The notes: a model not told the origin generated them from the letters alone. A DNA stretch of 64,000 bases from Octopus vulgaris (GCA_951406725.2 OX597820.1:62682001-62746000), one strand, 5' to 3'; positions 12,656-26,349 are shown, numbered from the stretch's first letter. Made by a program: numbers and translations.

Positions 12656-13799
12656 GTAAAATAGTAATAGGCGTATATACCATATTTCAGTAACTTTTGC
12701 CCCTTCATCAGTGCTCATTCAAACCCTTAACCATCAACGAACCCAATGCTTAATCAGCCACAATATTTAGCAGTGTATGGTTTCTGAATATAGCAGTTGT
12801 ACATACCAAACGAATTCTCGGAAGCCGGTACGTAGATACTTGGTACGTAAATTCCCGGAAGCCGGTACGTAAATACTGATGACCTTTAGGGACACCATAT
12901 TTCGTTATGCAACCATAATATTCTAGAAAGTATATTAAAACTTTTTATAAGGCAATACTGTGTCCTACTGTGTTAGCCACTCTAAGAGAGGAGACGCAAG
13001 CACTCGAATGAAGTATCGACATTTTAATGTATGTGATAAATCGGGGTGTATGTTTTTAATAAGATATACAAGCGTTTTCGTTGACAAGCGTAAAAAATTC
13101 TAGGTATTTCAAGACGACGTTTCAGATGAAATTGAACTAATTAAGTTTGTCCAGAAAGCAAATATAATTATGATTTATCGTGTTTTAATAATGCCTTAAC
13201 CATTAAACATGCTTTCACTAGCAGTCAAGTTAGTGTTAACACATTTAATACAGTGACTATTTAAAATGCCAACTAAAAATAATTATGTGATATGGGGAAA
13301 TATTTTTTTTAGATAAAATCAATTAGTAATATAATTTTAATTATTTCGGCAAATATTTCATCAACATAATTGTCGAATTATCATTTGGATGATATCCTAG
13401 AGAAATTTAATTTAGGTGAAAATCCTTGATAAAAATATAAATAAACAAATGAAAAATATAAATAGGTTGTCAATTAATTTCAGTACTAGTCGAGTTCATC
13501 GCATTACTTCTACTATTACTACTACATGTAGTAATAGTAGTAGTAATTGTTGTTATAGCAACAGCAGTAACGCCAGCAGGAGCAGCAATAGTAAGTGACA
13601 ACAACCACCACCTAAGTAGTTGCAGTGTAGTGATTGTGCGTGTCTGTTTTGGAGTGGTCGAAATAGAAAAATGTGCATTGAAATCGAGCAAATTTATCAT
13701 CAAATGCGATCCAACCTTAAATATCGCGTTTTTTTTCTAGTATACATAAATATAAAAAAAAAAACAATATTTGGTCGTGTTAAGCGTAGAAATGTGTAT

Positions 13800-14129
13800 T
13801 GTAAGATGAAAATAAGATTGTAATATATTTTAGATTGCAGAAACGCCGTTAGAACAGGAGAAACACTGGGTAAATTACTCTTTTAAAGCGGAAAGATTTG
13901 TCAGCTAACACCCATGAGACTCGAACTCATATATCTCGAAGGCTCCGGCCGAGTTTTTTTACTATTAAGCCAAACTGCCCGCTGACAAATTAATCTCCGA
14001 GGGATGTGGGCTCGAGTTCCGTGGTTGTTTGTAGACAAATTTGTCCGCTTTGTGAGGGTTATTTACCCAATTTTCTGCTGTTCTAACGGCTTTTCTACGT
14101 TCGAAAATAAATTATCGTCTTATTTGTAC
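13800..14129 (-). mobile_element. Palindromic tRNA-headed element, copy 1
   Basis: Arms of about 125 bp (AGAAACGCCGTTAGAACAG..AAAGCGGA / TCCGCTTT..CTGTTCTAACGGC..TTCT); minus-strand A box TGGCTTAATAG and B box GAGTTCGAGTC. Confidence 0.75.
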
Positions 14130-14297
14130 CCTATATTCCAATCTGTCTTTTTCTAAGACGGGTACAGAAAGGGCTGAATGACAGTTGACTACTATTTTTA
14201 ACAGAGAGAACTGTGCATAAGTGCCAACGTCGGCTCATTATCCAAGGTGAACTTCTAATTCTCAGACTTCAAGGTGATATATACAATGTTTTAGTAA

Positions 14298-14440
14298 AGG
14301 CGCGTGACAGGGTCGTTGGGATGTTAGACTCATGATCGTAAGATTGTAGTTTCGATTCCTGGGCCGGGCAATGCCTTGCTTTTTGAACAAAACACTTCAT
14401 TTCATGCTCCACCAGTTCACTCAGCTTTGTGCAATATAGT
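14298..14440 (+). mobile_element. tRNA-derived SINE, family 3 (head and core)
   Basis: GGCGCGTG..GACTCATGATCGTAAGATTGTAGTTTCGATTCCTGG..TTGAACAAAACACTTCATTTC..CCAGTTCACTCAGCT. Confidence 0.65.
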
Positions 14441-14695
14441 GATGTCGAGACAACCCCGGCAAGCTAACGATGGATGATGGACCTCTCTAAAAAACATACA
14501 GAACGGAACATCTGGATTGAGAACCCATAGGCCTACCTTGATGTTAGGTATATACAGAGTTTTGGTTACAATTAGTCCGCAACTTAGGATATCACTTGTT
14601 GGTACATAATGCTTTTCTCTTAAGATTGTCAGAGTTATATTGACTGAGTCTGTAGGTCCTTCCTTGATGTAGAAAAAGACACATTGAAATATAAT

Positions 14696-15021
14696 GTACA
14701 AAGAAGATGAACTTATTTTCGAACGCAGAAGCGCGGTTAGAACAACAGAAATACTGGTTAAATTACCCTGGCAAAGCGGACAAATTTGTCAATAAACAGC
14801 CATGAGCCTCGAACCCAAATCCCTCGGAGATTAATTTTTCAGCAGACAGTTTACCTTAAAGGTAAAGCACTCAGCCGGAATCATCGAGAGATGTGGGCTC
14901 GAATGCCAAGGCTACTGTTGAAAAATCTGTCCGCTTTCTAAGGGCAATTTATCCAATATTTCTGCTGTTCTAACGGCGTTTCTGGGTTAGAAAATATTTT
15001 ACCATCTTATTTTTATCTTAC
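14696..15021 (+). mobile_element. Palindromic tRNA-headed element, copy 2 (inverted relative to copy 1)
   Basis: End-to-end reverse-complement homolog of 13800-14129. Confidence 0.75.
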
Positions 15022-15228
15022 ATGATATGTCCCTTAAATAACCCCTTTTAAACAGGCTTTGATGGTACTGATCTAAAGTTCATAAGATCATAGGTACACT
15101 TCCTAGACTGGGCAGCTTGTGGAGTCCTCATGCAAGACAATCCATTTTACGTTGTAGCAAACCTTTCAGCATCATAGTGAATACCTACGTATGTTGGTGC
15201 TGCCCTATGTAGTATCGTGACGGAGAAT

Positions 15229-15519
15229 CTTTTTATCCTCGCCCTTTTCAAGCCTAGCCAGGCTCATGGGCCCGGTTTCCCGGTTTCTGTGGCGTATGTG
15301 TCCCCCCCCACGGCTGGACGCGACGCCAGTCCATCGTAGCGTTACTCAAGAAACAGGAAGGGAGAGTGAAAGAAAGTTGTGGTGAAAGAGTACAACGGGG
15401 TCGCCACCAGCCCCTGCCGGAGCCTCGTGGAGCTTTTAGGTATTTTCGCTCAATAAAGACACACTGGGAATCGAAACCGCGAGTCCGCTACCGTAACCAC
15501 TGGGCCATTGCGCCTCCAC
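15229..15519 (-). mobile_element. tRNA-derived SINE with 13-bp target-site duplication
   Basis: Minus-strand head GTGGAGGCGCAATGGCCCAGTGGTTA..GGTTTCGATTCCC; exact TSD CGTGACGGAGAAT at 15216-15228 and 15520-15532. Confidence 0.9.
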
Positions 15520-15923
15520 CGTGACGGAGAATACGGCCTCATTATTCCACTGGCTCAAGGTAAAGAGTTAATAGCACTAAAGTTGTATTTTTTGTGGTTG
15601 TTATTCTTTAGTGCCAAACGCAATATTATCATATAACTAATCTGTAAACCGTGACTATCTGGCAATTGCTTATATTGTAAATTACACTAGCCACATAACT
15701 TACCTTTTATAAGAAGATTGTCATAAGAGATATGTCTTAGGGAGTGACGTGAGTGAATTTAGCTACTATTTTTGGCATTTTGAATAACCACAAAGAAGCT
15801 CCATTTGGAGTGCATTTTAATTTCCTCGATGGTTGCAAGACGATGTTTATGGCGGTGAGTTCTGTGGGGATTAACTAGTGGTTATGTAGTGGTAATGTAG
15901 AGGTCATAAATATTATAGTCGAA

Positions 15924-15925
<2 letters not shown>

Positions 15926-15983
<58 letters not shown>

Positions 15984-16085
15984 GGTGATAGGAGTAGTAG
16001 TGGTGGTGATAGGAGTAGTAGTGGTGGTGACGGTGGGAGAGCTGTAGTAGTAGTGGTGGTGATGGTAGAGTAGTAGTAGTAGTAA

Positions 16086-16142
<57 letters not shown>
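15926..16142. repeat. (AGT)n/(GGT)n microsatellite
   Basis: Directly visible. Confidence 0.95.
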
Positions 16143-16379
16143 AGGTGGCCGTGAGGTGGTTGTGTTGTTTTTCGTGGCAGTGGTAGTGGTAGTGGTGGCG
16201 GTAGTTGCGGTGATATTATTATTCTTTGTGGTGATGGTAATTGCTGAGGCACTTAGATTCGTGATCTTCCATGTCGTAGGTGTAAGGAAGCCGAAGAGTT
16301 TGGCGTTTATAGTTATGGAAGAAATATCCACAGCAGTGGTGGCGATGGTTGTTGTGGAGGTGGCAATACTGGTGTCTCT

Positions 16380-16410
<31 letters not shown>

Positions 16411-17017
16411 CATGTGTATAAGTGTGTATAAGTATATATGTGTGTATATATATGTATATATATATATGTGTGTGTGTATGTGTGTCTGTGTGTGCGTGTC
16501 TGTGAAATGTGTAGACTAAGTGGGAAAATTTTAGAAGTTGTTTGATGTTCACACGCGATGTTAGTGATGTAAACTTGTAGTGTTAGACAAACACTTGCTG
16601 TCAATAATGGCGCCCAGAATACTGTCTGTAACACGCACGAAGATACATGCATGCTTACACACACAACGATCTATCAATATAGATGCATACATGTGCTTGT
16701 ACACACACACACACACACACACGCACACACACAAACAATCGCACACTCAGGTATGTGCTTTTGTTTGTGTGTAAACATAAGCGAATTATAAGCAACACAA
16801 CTAGCACACACAAATCACTCATACTCACAAACATAAACCAAACACGATATGCACATTATACACAAATACATGGATACGTGTATACGTATATTGTCTCAGA
16901 TTTGCAGCAAGTGCACATTTAGTAAATGAAATGTCATCGCTTTCAACCACCATAATACCATTTCTCTAATGAATGAGAAATATCTGCTCAGTTGTAGATT
17001 TAGTGATTCATTATTCA

Positions 17018-17054
<37 letters not shown>

Positions 17055-17059
<5 letters not shown>

Positions 17060-17345
17060 AAACTTTATATATAAAGAACGTGAAATACACGAAGTGACGA
17101 ACACGGAAAACAGACAAGTCATTCGAAGCCTTCATTCTTCAGTCAGAAACCGAATCATCATGGCAAATTTCAGCTGTTTAATTCTGAGATTTGATCCAAA
17201 ACGGCCAGCTCCAAGGAAAAACTAAGCTGTGGGCATTAGATTTCTTTGGTAGAAGGAAATAATGTGAACGCAACAGAGACGAATATGAAAACAAGAAACG
17301 AAGATAAAATTGGAAACAGTAACGGTTAAATACAAGAATGATACA
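17055..17345. repeat. Dispersed repeat family D between (TA)n tracts
   Basis: Shares GTCATTCGAA, GCAA(A)TTTC and GGCCAGC.CCAAGGAAAAACTAAGCT with 53973-54280. Confidence 0.75.
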
Positions 17346-17370
17346 TATATATATATATATACACACACAC

Positions 17371-17451
<81 letters not shown>

Positions 17452-18439
17452 TATATATACACACATACACATATGTATATATATATATTCAACAAATACA
17501 AGAGCAGATACTGCAACAACTTGGGCTTCATGGGTCCACATTCCTTCAATATATCTTTCCACAAGGCTTGAGTGACCTATATAGATGGGCTGGATGTAAG
17601 CCTCTACAAGGCATTATTGAATTTCGTCTTTTCATGAGTCCCAGATGAACCTTTCTCGCGGCATGAAAAGCAGACGAAGGCAGCAAAATCAAAGTCCCTT
17701 ATTCACCAAACGCCACACATCAGAGGAAGTTTAGATAAAGCGTAGCAAAGCAAACGGCGGTGCTCCGGTGCGGTCTCAGAAAAGAAATATGTGTGTGTGT
17801 GTATTTTTGTGTGTAGCCTTAATGGATTTATCTATAAATTATAGGTCTAGTCAATTCGTAGTGTATCCATATCCCTTCCAGTTACTAGGCCTGGATCCTT
17901 ACGATCTTTGGAGAAACGGACAATTGCAAAAAGTGCCAGCAATGGGGCTCGATCTTCATACATTAGGACTGAAAAGCACATTTCTGGAAAATCGGTTATG
18001 TGTGAATCATAAATATATATTATGCTTAGAGTGACACACGAACAATGCCCGCTCACATTACCTGATAAGCGTAGACACTATACAAGCAAAGCAATAGCCA
18101 TTCATACTGCCATAGACGCACAATACAAGAATTATCTCAAACAGTGTATCTATACGTGTGTTTGTGCATGATATGTATACATACTACAGATAAACAATAC
18201 TTATAGCTTCATTTATGTGTACACACACGTGTGTATTTATATATATACGGATATATGTGTAAGTTCATTTCTACACACATGCATACACACATATACACAT
18301 ACATGTTTATATATCTGCATATATATATGTGTTTATATATATATATATATATATATATATGCATGTATATATAAATATATGTATGCATGTATATATATAT
18401 ATATATATACATACATACACACATGCATGCATACATACA

Positions 18440-18473
<34 letters not shown>

Positions 18474-18934
18474 CATGCATACATACATACATACATTCAT
18501 ATGTACATACATACATTCATACATACATTTATACGTACATACAGACATACATACATACGTACATACATACATACATACAAACATACGTACATACATATAT
18601 TCTCATATAATTAAATCAATTTTATTGTTTTCCAATCGATTTTGCACCTCTGAGTCAACAGCTCTCAGAAATTACTGCTCAAAGAGTAGAAGAAATTTAG
18701 GTCGTCGTTGCGATGGGAGAACTGGTAGAGTACTTATGGATCTGAATGTACATGTATTTGCGTGTCTAGTTCAGTATATATATATGTACTTTGTCATAAT
18801 TTGCAGTCGCCTCTATAAACTTCGTTTTCTTAATTCTTTTGTTTCGTTATCTATGACTTGCGCATATATACTTAAATCAACATATATGCATACATGAATA
18901 CGAACACTGACACTCATACATGTATGTTTGGGCG

Positions 18935-18994
<60 letters not shown>

Positions 18995-19394
18995 CATATA
19001 TGCATATTTACATGCATACACAAAGAAAAGAAATATTTTATATGATAAAACTGTTAGTGCATATTTAACAAAATTACAATACACGAACCTAGACAGACGC
19101 AGAGAAATGGACTGAGAAAAAATGATAGACAGATAGATGAGAGCAGTACAGATACATTAGACTACAATACTTGATGCACAAAAATATGGATTGTTATAGC
19201 TGAATTTTGTTTTCCAGTTTGCTCCCTTAGGGCTAAGATAATGACTCTTCTTCCCATTTATACCTAAACAAAGACCCTTTCACAACAACATAATAATATA
19301 TATGTTTGTGTGTCCGTACATACACATGCGCGCAAATACACAGACACAACCATACCACACACATATAAATGGTTGTTATCTACTCCTAATGCAG

Positions 19395-19620
19395 CGTCTG
19401 ACCATCTTTTGTGCTTACATGTTAGATTCATCACAGCATCTGATATGGCTTTTTAAACTTAAAGTATTGAAAAGGCATCCAGATAGATTGCATATCCGAT
19501 TTGGACCACAAAGTGCTGCGCTTGAGTTCAAATCTTTGTGGATCTTCAAATGTCTTTTGAGACCTACGTTAGATCTACAGACCTTACGGCGTACACGGCA
19601 TTGAAGGGTTTTCACAGATA
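19395..19620 (-). mobile_element. Decayed C2H2-like double zinc-finger fragment, probably the C-terminus of an RTE-clade LINE
   Basis: QCRVRRKVCRSNVGLKRHLKIH and ICNLSGCLFNTLSLKSHIR; second Cys lost in both fingers. Confidence 0.5.
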
Positions 19621-19776
19621 CATAGGCAGAGTAGTTGGTGGAGGTTCGTTTTTTGTGGGTCCGAGTCGGATGTATAATTTTTTAAATTGCAGCGGATGTA
19701 TAATTGTTAAACGGGACGTCAAGTATTAAGGCAATGTAATCATCTCAAGTCATATACAATATTTCTTCCTGTAATA

Positions 19777-20158
<382 letters not shown>

Positions 20159-20229
20159 TTGTATCTATGTATCTGCCTGGACCAATCTTTGGTCGAAACA
20201 TATCTAAGTTTTATCTAAGTTTATATATA

Positions 20230-20355
20230 TGTTGAGTCGTTAATCCCTACATATTTTTCTCTCTCCAGTTTTTCCCCTCTTAAAACATTCTGTCGAAGAG
20301 CGTAGGCCCGGAGCGTCAATGACTTTTCCATTCTTCCAGAGTGACAAACTAAAGT
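20230..20355 (+). mobile_element. HHR-variant element family A, partial and decayed
   Basis: CATT CTGTCGA A GAGC GTAG GCCC GGAGC GTC AATG at 20286-20321. Confidence 0.6.
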
Positions 20356-21701
20356 GGAAGATGTCATAAAATTAAGATGTAAGGGGAAAAAATAACCCTG
20401 CGAAAAAGGAAAGAAATTGAAAATTATGATTTTCCATTATTTGAATATCGATGGTTACCCTTAGCACATCCTAATATAATAGGCACATCTTAATATGATA
20501 AGGTCAAGTTAACTGTATAACGAAATATAACCCACATATTGTATTAAGACGACATTAATGATGTGTAAAAATTTTCTAAACAATTTATTGTATATTGTAA
20601 GTGGTAATATGGGCGCATAAAGAGATGTGTGTATCTATTTTAGTTTGCTGCTTATTTTGGAGTTTTCAAATCAATAGTGCTAAGATAGGTAACAAAGAAC
20701 AGCAATTGATTGTTTATGAGTTGGCCTATTTTGTACAAGTTCTTCAAATGATATAGAGTGCTGCAATGTTCAGAATCTACATGTTTATATTTATGAAGCC
20801 GGCACTTGTCATGCAGCTGTACGTTATATAAAACATTTGGTAAAGTTTAGATGTAGCAATTGCTGATTAGTTGGTTTTCTTCAGGCATTTTAGTGGACAT
20901 GAATTGAGACGGCAAAAACAGCATTTCATTTCTCCCAAATTTGTGGTATGATTATTAATATTCTTCTTCATCATCACAGTATTGAAAAGTTTTCATTAAT
21001 GCTTGGTGGCATATTTAAAGAGAAATTCTGTCATATACTTTACGCTAGTTGTACCATAGAATATTGGTCCATCAAAGCTAGTAAAGAAATTATGTATCTA
21101 TGTGCTTACATTTATTGAAAGCTGTGGGTTCTACCACAATGTTTCCCATTTCTAAGGCTTCTCCTATTATTTTGCGTGTAATTACTATATTTACTGGAAT
21201 CGCAAACAACGCCAGTTACCAATGAGGTATTGTATACGTTCGCATGCATTCGCAATTGTAATAAAAGCGTGTATATTGTCAATATCTCAAATACTAAGTT
21301 AACACGCATACGCAGATTCATGGCACACACATATATGTGCGGACGTGTTTGATGGGTCTTAGTGTTTGTGCGCGCGTGTGTATGTATGTAAATAACAAGA
21401 GAATTTATTTTATGAAGCACATCAATGTTTAATCAAACAAGACACGTGATATAGTATCACGTATAACATTAGTAGGCTTACAGATGCACACACACAGACA
21501 CGCATACACACAGTTACACAAACACACACACACAAACACGCACACATATAGATTTCTGTGAATCTGGCGATGCAGACCAGATGTACACTTCTAGGTAGAC
21601 ATAGAGATAGGCAGATATAATGATAGGACGAAAATTAACACGAACAGAGAAACTCATACATAGATAGAGAGGAGGTTAGAAAGATAAACAGGTGTATACA
21701 T

Positions 21702-21775
<74 letters not shown>

Positions 21776-21862
21776 TGGGAGAGGGAGAGAGAGAGAGAGT
21801 AAGAAAAGAGGTAGATAGATAAATAGGTAGGAATAGGATAAAATACTAAGCAGACAAATATA

Positions 21863-22985
21863 TCAGGTCATACCATAAGTTCTGATCTATTTTACCTTTT
21901 TTAAAATTGAATGAAATTTAATAGTATTTTAGAATATCGAATGGAATGAAAAATTATTTTTATGCATTTGTGTGCATTTAAACTTATTAAATATTACTTT
22001 ACAGAATAATAGAATTAAAATTTGTTTGATTAAAACCATTTCTAACATGGAAGTATCCAAAGAGCATTTAAGGCACATAATTCTTTCTGAGTTCAAAACA
22101 GGAAACTCTGCAACCGAAACGACTCGAAAAATAAACTCAGTTTATGGGAAAGTATGCTAAAATGAAAGAACTTGCAGAAGATGGTTTGCAAAATTCAGAA
22201 GTGGAGATTTCAGCCTTCAATATGAAGATCAAACAGGACATCCAGTTGAGTTTGATGATAAGCTCATTAAGGCATTACTTGAAGACAATCCTGCATTATC
22301 AGTTGAAGAATTGGCAATAAAGCTTAGTTCAAACCATACAACTGTTCATCATCATCTTCAACAACTTGGAAATGTTTCTAAACTTGGAAAATGGCTGCCT
22401 CATGAATTGTTCGAAAGCAACCGCAAATCTCGAGTTGACATCTACTCTTCTCTCCATTCTCGCGAACTCATTTCACCCTTTTTGGATATACTTGTGACTG
22501 GTGACGAAAAATGGATCGTCTATGGAAATGTTAAACGTCGTAAGTAGTAGCTTGGTAAAAGGGAAAAAGGTCAACCACAGCCGAGAAGGGAACTTCATGG
22601 GAAAAACTTTCTTCTCTCTATCTGGTGGGATTGCAAGGGAGTAATTCACTTTGAATTGTTACCACCTTATGCAACAATCAATGTTAATGTCTACTGTCCT
22701 GTCAGCAATTAGAGAGTATGAACCAAGCTTTGAAGAGAGAAGTGATGTTTCATCAGGACAATGCCCGACCCCGCACTGCAAAGATCACATCACAAGAGGT
22801 CGAAGAGCTTAGTTGGGAAAAAATTCCTCATCTACCTTATTCTCCCGACTTTGTTTCGTAGTTTACAGAATCATTTGGGGGACATAACTTTCGCAAGCCA
22901 GGGGGAGGTCGAAACTGACATTTCAGAGTTTTTCACTTTGAAGCCAAAAGAGTTTATATTGACGGGATTAACAAGGTGGGGGAAA
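21863..22985 (+). mobile_element. mariner (DD34D-type) transposon, transposase pseudogene, right end missing
   Basis: Putative left TIR TCAGGTCATACCATAAGTTCTG after TA; ATG at 22047 (MEVSKEHLRHIIL..); motifs RRWFAKFRSGDFSL, GKWLPHEL, LVTGDEKWI, SIWWDCKG, FHQDNARP, HLPYSPD; stops, frameshifts and deletions. Confidence 0.95.
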
Positions 22986-23515
22986 GCAATGGTGTGGTGA
23001 GGGATTTGGCAGAATCAAAGAATTGGACCTTTGTATTTTGAGGGTTCTGTGACAGGTGATTCGTATCTGGACATGTCTGTCATCAGATGATGCCTCACGT
23101 GCATTCACTTAGAAGAGAAATTCTGTCTGGTTTCAGCCGGATGAGGCTCTGTCTCATAATTTTGTGAATGAACATTTTCCAGTGAGATGGTTCGGGCGTC
23201 GTGGGACAATTAAACGGGTACTACGGTCACCAGATTTAACTCACATGGACATTTTCTTCTGGAGCTACATTAAATCCCTTGTGTATTCTGAAAATATTCG
23301 TGACCAAAGATATATTCAAAGGAATTGTTGAAGCGTGTGAACAAGTCAACGGCAATGAAGAACTATTTAAGAGAGTTCATCGTAATTTCAAATTCTGTAT
23401 GAACACTTGTTCAGAGATACATGGCCAATACCTTGAACCTTTGAAATAGATTACCTACTTCAATACAAATAATGCATACTTAGTATCTCCCATGGTGATT
23501 GACTTTCTGACCACA

Positions 23516-23518
<3 letters not shown>
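22986..23518 (+). mobile_element. 3' half of a second Tc1/mariner-superfamily element (rosa/DD41D-like)
   Basis: MVW*GIW..IGPLYFEGSVTGDSYLDM, WFQPDEA, HFPVRWFGRRG, RSPDLTHMDIFFWSYIKSLVY; ends GACTTTCTGACCACACTG followed by TA. Confidence 0.8.
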
Positions 23519-23555
<37 letters not shown>

Positions 23556-23559
<4 letters not shown>

Positions 23560-23730
23560 AGAGTTTGGGAAAAAAACAGAAGACGAAGACTGGTGGTGTA
23601 CAAAACAGATGTATTAGTATAACGCTCAGGAATAGAAAAAGTATTTTACGTTTCGAGCCTACGCTCTTCTACAGAAAAAACAAGGAGAGAGAAAACTGTG
23701 TGTAGTGGCTAACGATCTATCATGGCGACT
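23556..23730 (-). mobile_element. HHR-variant element family A
   Basis: Reverse complement TTT CTGTAGA A GAGC GTAG GCTC GAAAC GTA AAA at 23644-23677; 3' end CTCCC runs into (TA)n. Confidence 0.8.
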
Positions 23731-23738
23731 ATATATAC

Positions 23739-23805
<67 letters not shown>

Positions 23806-24384
23806 TGTATCTATGTATGAATGTAAGTATGTATGTATATATAGTAAAATATATAGTAATATATCAAATGCAGTATAGGCCTGAAAACAGGCGAAGGAAA
23901 TACAAAACAAGTGGCGTCTTTAAAACCATTAAATCAATCAAAATTGCTTTTAAAACAAAGTTCATAATAAACACTGAAAGGTAGCTATACGCGCGCCTAA
24001 ATACACGCATGAATATTCATACGGTAAACATGTTCATATCATAAAGAAGCCAAATATGATCATGCGCATGAATAAAACTAAACGCATGCACACCCACACA
24101 CGCACACACACACACACACACACATACACACACAGTTGCAAGATTGTACACCTTCCAATAGATATAGACATTTAGACTTGCTAATCAGCAGTTGTAGGTA
24201 ACTTACACGCAGAAGCAGAATAACACTTCTACGTTTGTCTTACAAGTTAAAAACTCATATTTACATACATAAATGCATGTATACATACATACACACTAAC
24301 GAACACACACATATATATGTATGTATGTATATGTATAAATATGTATATATATATATAAGTATACATATGCATGTATGTATCTAT

Positions 24385-24527
24385 ATATATACAAACATAT
24401 ATAATATATATATATATATAATATATATATTATATATAATATATATAATATATTCAAAAAGCAATAAAGATTCAAATTAATTTAAATGAATTTACTTGAA
24501 TATGGTACCTAACTTAGATGCACCAAA

Positions 24528-24570
<43 letters not shown>

Positions 24571-24649
24571 TATATATAATATATATATATATAATATATT
24601 ATATATAATATATATATATATAATATATATATATTTATATATATATATA

Positions 24650-24736
<87 letters not shown>

Positions 24737-24750
24737 TCTATACACACACA
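24385..24750. repeat. Long degenerate (TA)n/TAA tract
   Basis: Directly visible. Confidence 0.95.
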
Positions 24751-25345
24751 CATATTTATTTATATTCATGTTATAAGTAATACCATATCAGACGAGATAC
24801 AAAGAAACACATATTTATCAAACAAAATTCTCATATACATGCCTACGAATAAATGTATGCATTCATATGTTAATGTTGTATCTATAAGTAATATAAGTAA
24901 AGGATAGAGAGGGCCAGCCTATTTCTTTGGAATTCACAAGGCACCATCTTCTCTTCTTCCTTTTCCCAGACGCGGTGCGCCATTATCGTGCGCTGTTGTC
25001 AATCATTTTACAGCATTAACAACTACATACAGATAACTAGACAACAAAAAATCAATCAAATGAAGGAAAAGAAGGACACATAGCTTCATTCAGGAAATAA
25101 TTATCACTGAAAAGTCTAACCTGTGTCTATTCTCATAAATCTTATCGCATGTTCTGTTGAAAGATGTCTTCACATCACAACAGCAGACGAGTGGTTTACT
25201 GTGTCCCGCGAAATATCTCTGCCTCGTCTCGCCTCTTCCGCATGAACACGGACATTGTTTCATTCGTTCAGAGTTCCATTCACTTTTTCCTTCCTTTCTT
25301 TCTATCTATCTTTCTTTCTATCTTTCTTTCTTCCTTTCTTTCTCC

Positions 25346-25407
<62 letters not shown>

Positions 25408-25761
25408 ATCGTTCTTAATTTTTTTGTGTCCCTCCTGTGTTTTTTTTACCCGTCTATCTGTCTGTCTTTATCTCTACGTCCGTTTAATTTTCTTTCATCC
25501 ACATTAACACATACACCCAATAACTATGTGTACGTATATCTGTATACATGTATGTAATATATAAGTATATGAACACACACACACACACATACACACTCAC
25601 GCACAAATACACGCATATGTATATATATTTCATAAAATATATCAAACTATGTGAAACGAAGGCATATCTCTTCCACTTTTTATATGTTTTACACATATTT
25701 TCACTTCATAATTTTGCCACGTGGTGTATACTGATTCTCCAGTATTTTTGCTCCTTTCATA

Positions 25762-25848
<87 letters not shown>

Positions 25849-25860
25849 TTGTGTATATAT

Positions 25861-26349
25861 AAATTAAAAATAATACGGGTTAAGAATTGAATATTAATTT
25901 GATCGATATCAGTTTAAAACCAGTGGTCTAGCATACAGAAAAATCTGAAGATTCAGAAAAATTATATTACATACATATAAGAGAAATGACCACTATGTCC
26001 ATTATGCTAGAAGTCGACCCCCTAATGTCTTACAACTAAGAAAGAAATGTTCTCAAGAAAATTTAGCAAACGCCAGAATGTAAGCGAGCAAGACAAATGA
26101 AAAGATACAAAATATAAAGATTAATCACAAACCAGTTTCGTTGTTACCACTTAGGTAATTCTTTACATAGATGTCCGCAACACGTCAGTGTGATCGTCAT
26201 AGCAAAATATAATTTGCAGAACTATACACGGGACGTCCGCATGAAATTCAACATGTATATATTTCTACCAATGACATTTGGTGTTATATTTCAAAAGTCT
26301 ATATTTTGTTATGACGATCACACTGACGAGTTGCGGACATCTACGTAAA
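25861..26349 (-). mobile_element. HHR-bearing element family B with partial inverted duplication
   Basis: Homologous to 27396-27660 and 60780-60945; inverted arms 26162-26211 and 26300-26349; 3' end adjoins a TA/TG microsatellite. Confidence 0.75.
26124..26194 (-). ncRNA. Type I hammerhead ribozyme motif (A9 substituted in this copy)
   Basis: ATCACA CTGACGT GTTG-[34 nt]-CAAC GAA AC TG GT T TGTGAT; 6-bp stem I; the inverted partial copy at 26318-26333 has canonical CTGACGA GTTG. Confidence 0.7.

Noticed and set aside
15882-16664. 260-aa ORF and the many YIYI/HTHT/poly-L/poly-I ORFs throughout the window
   Set aside because: Translations of microsatellites lacking stop codons; no protein-like composition.
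19415-19615. Host C2H2 zinc-finger gene exon
   Set aside because: Both fingers lack a Cys, there is no TGEKP linker and no clear splice context; better explained as a retroelement C-terminus.
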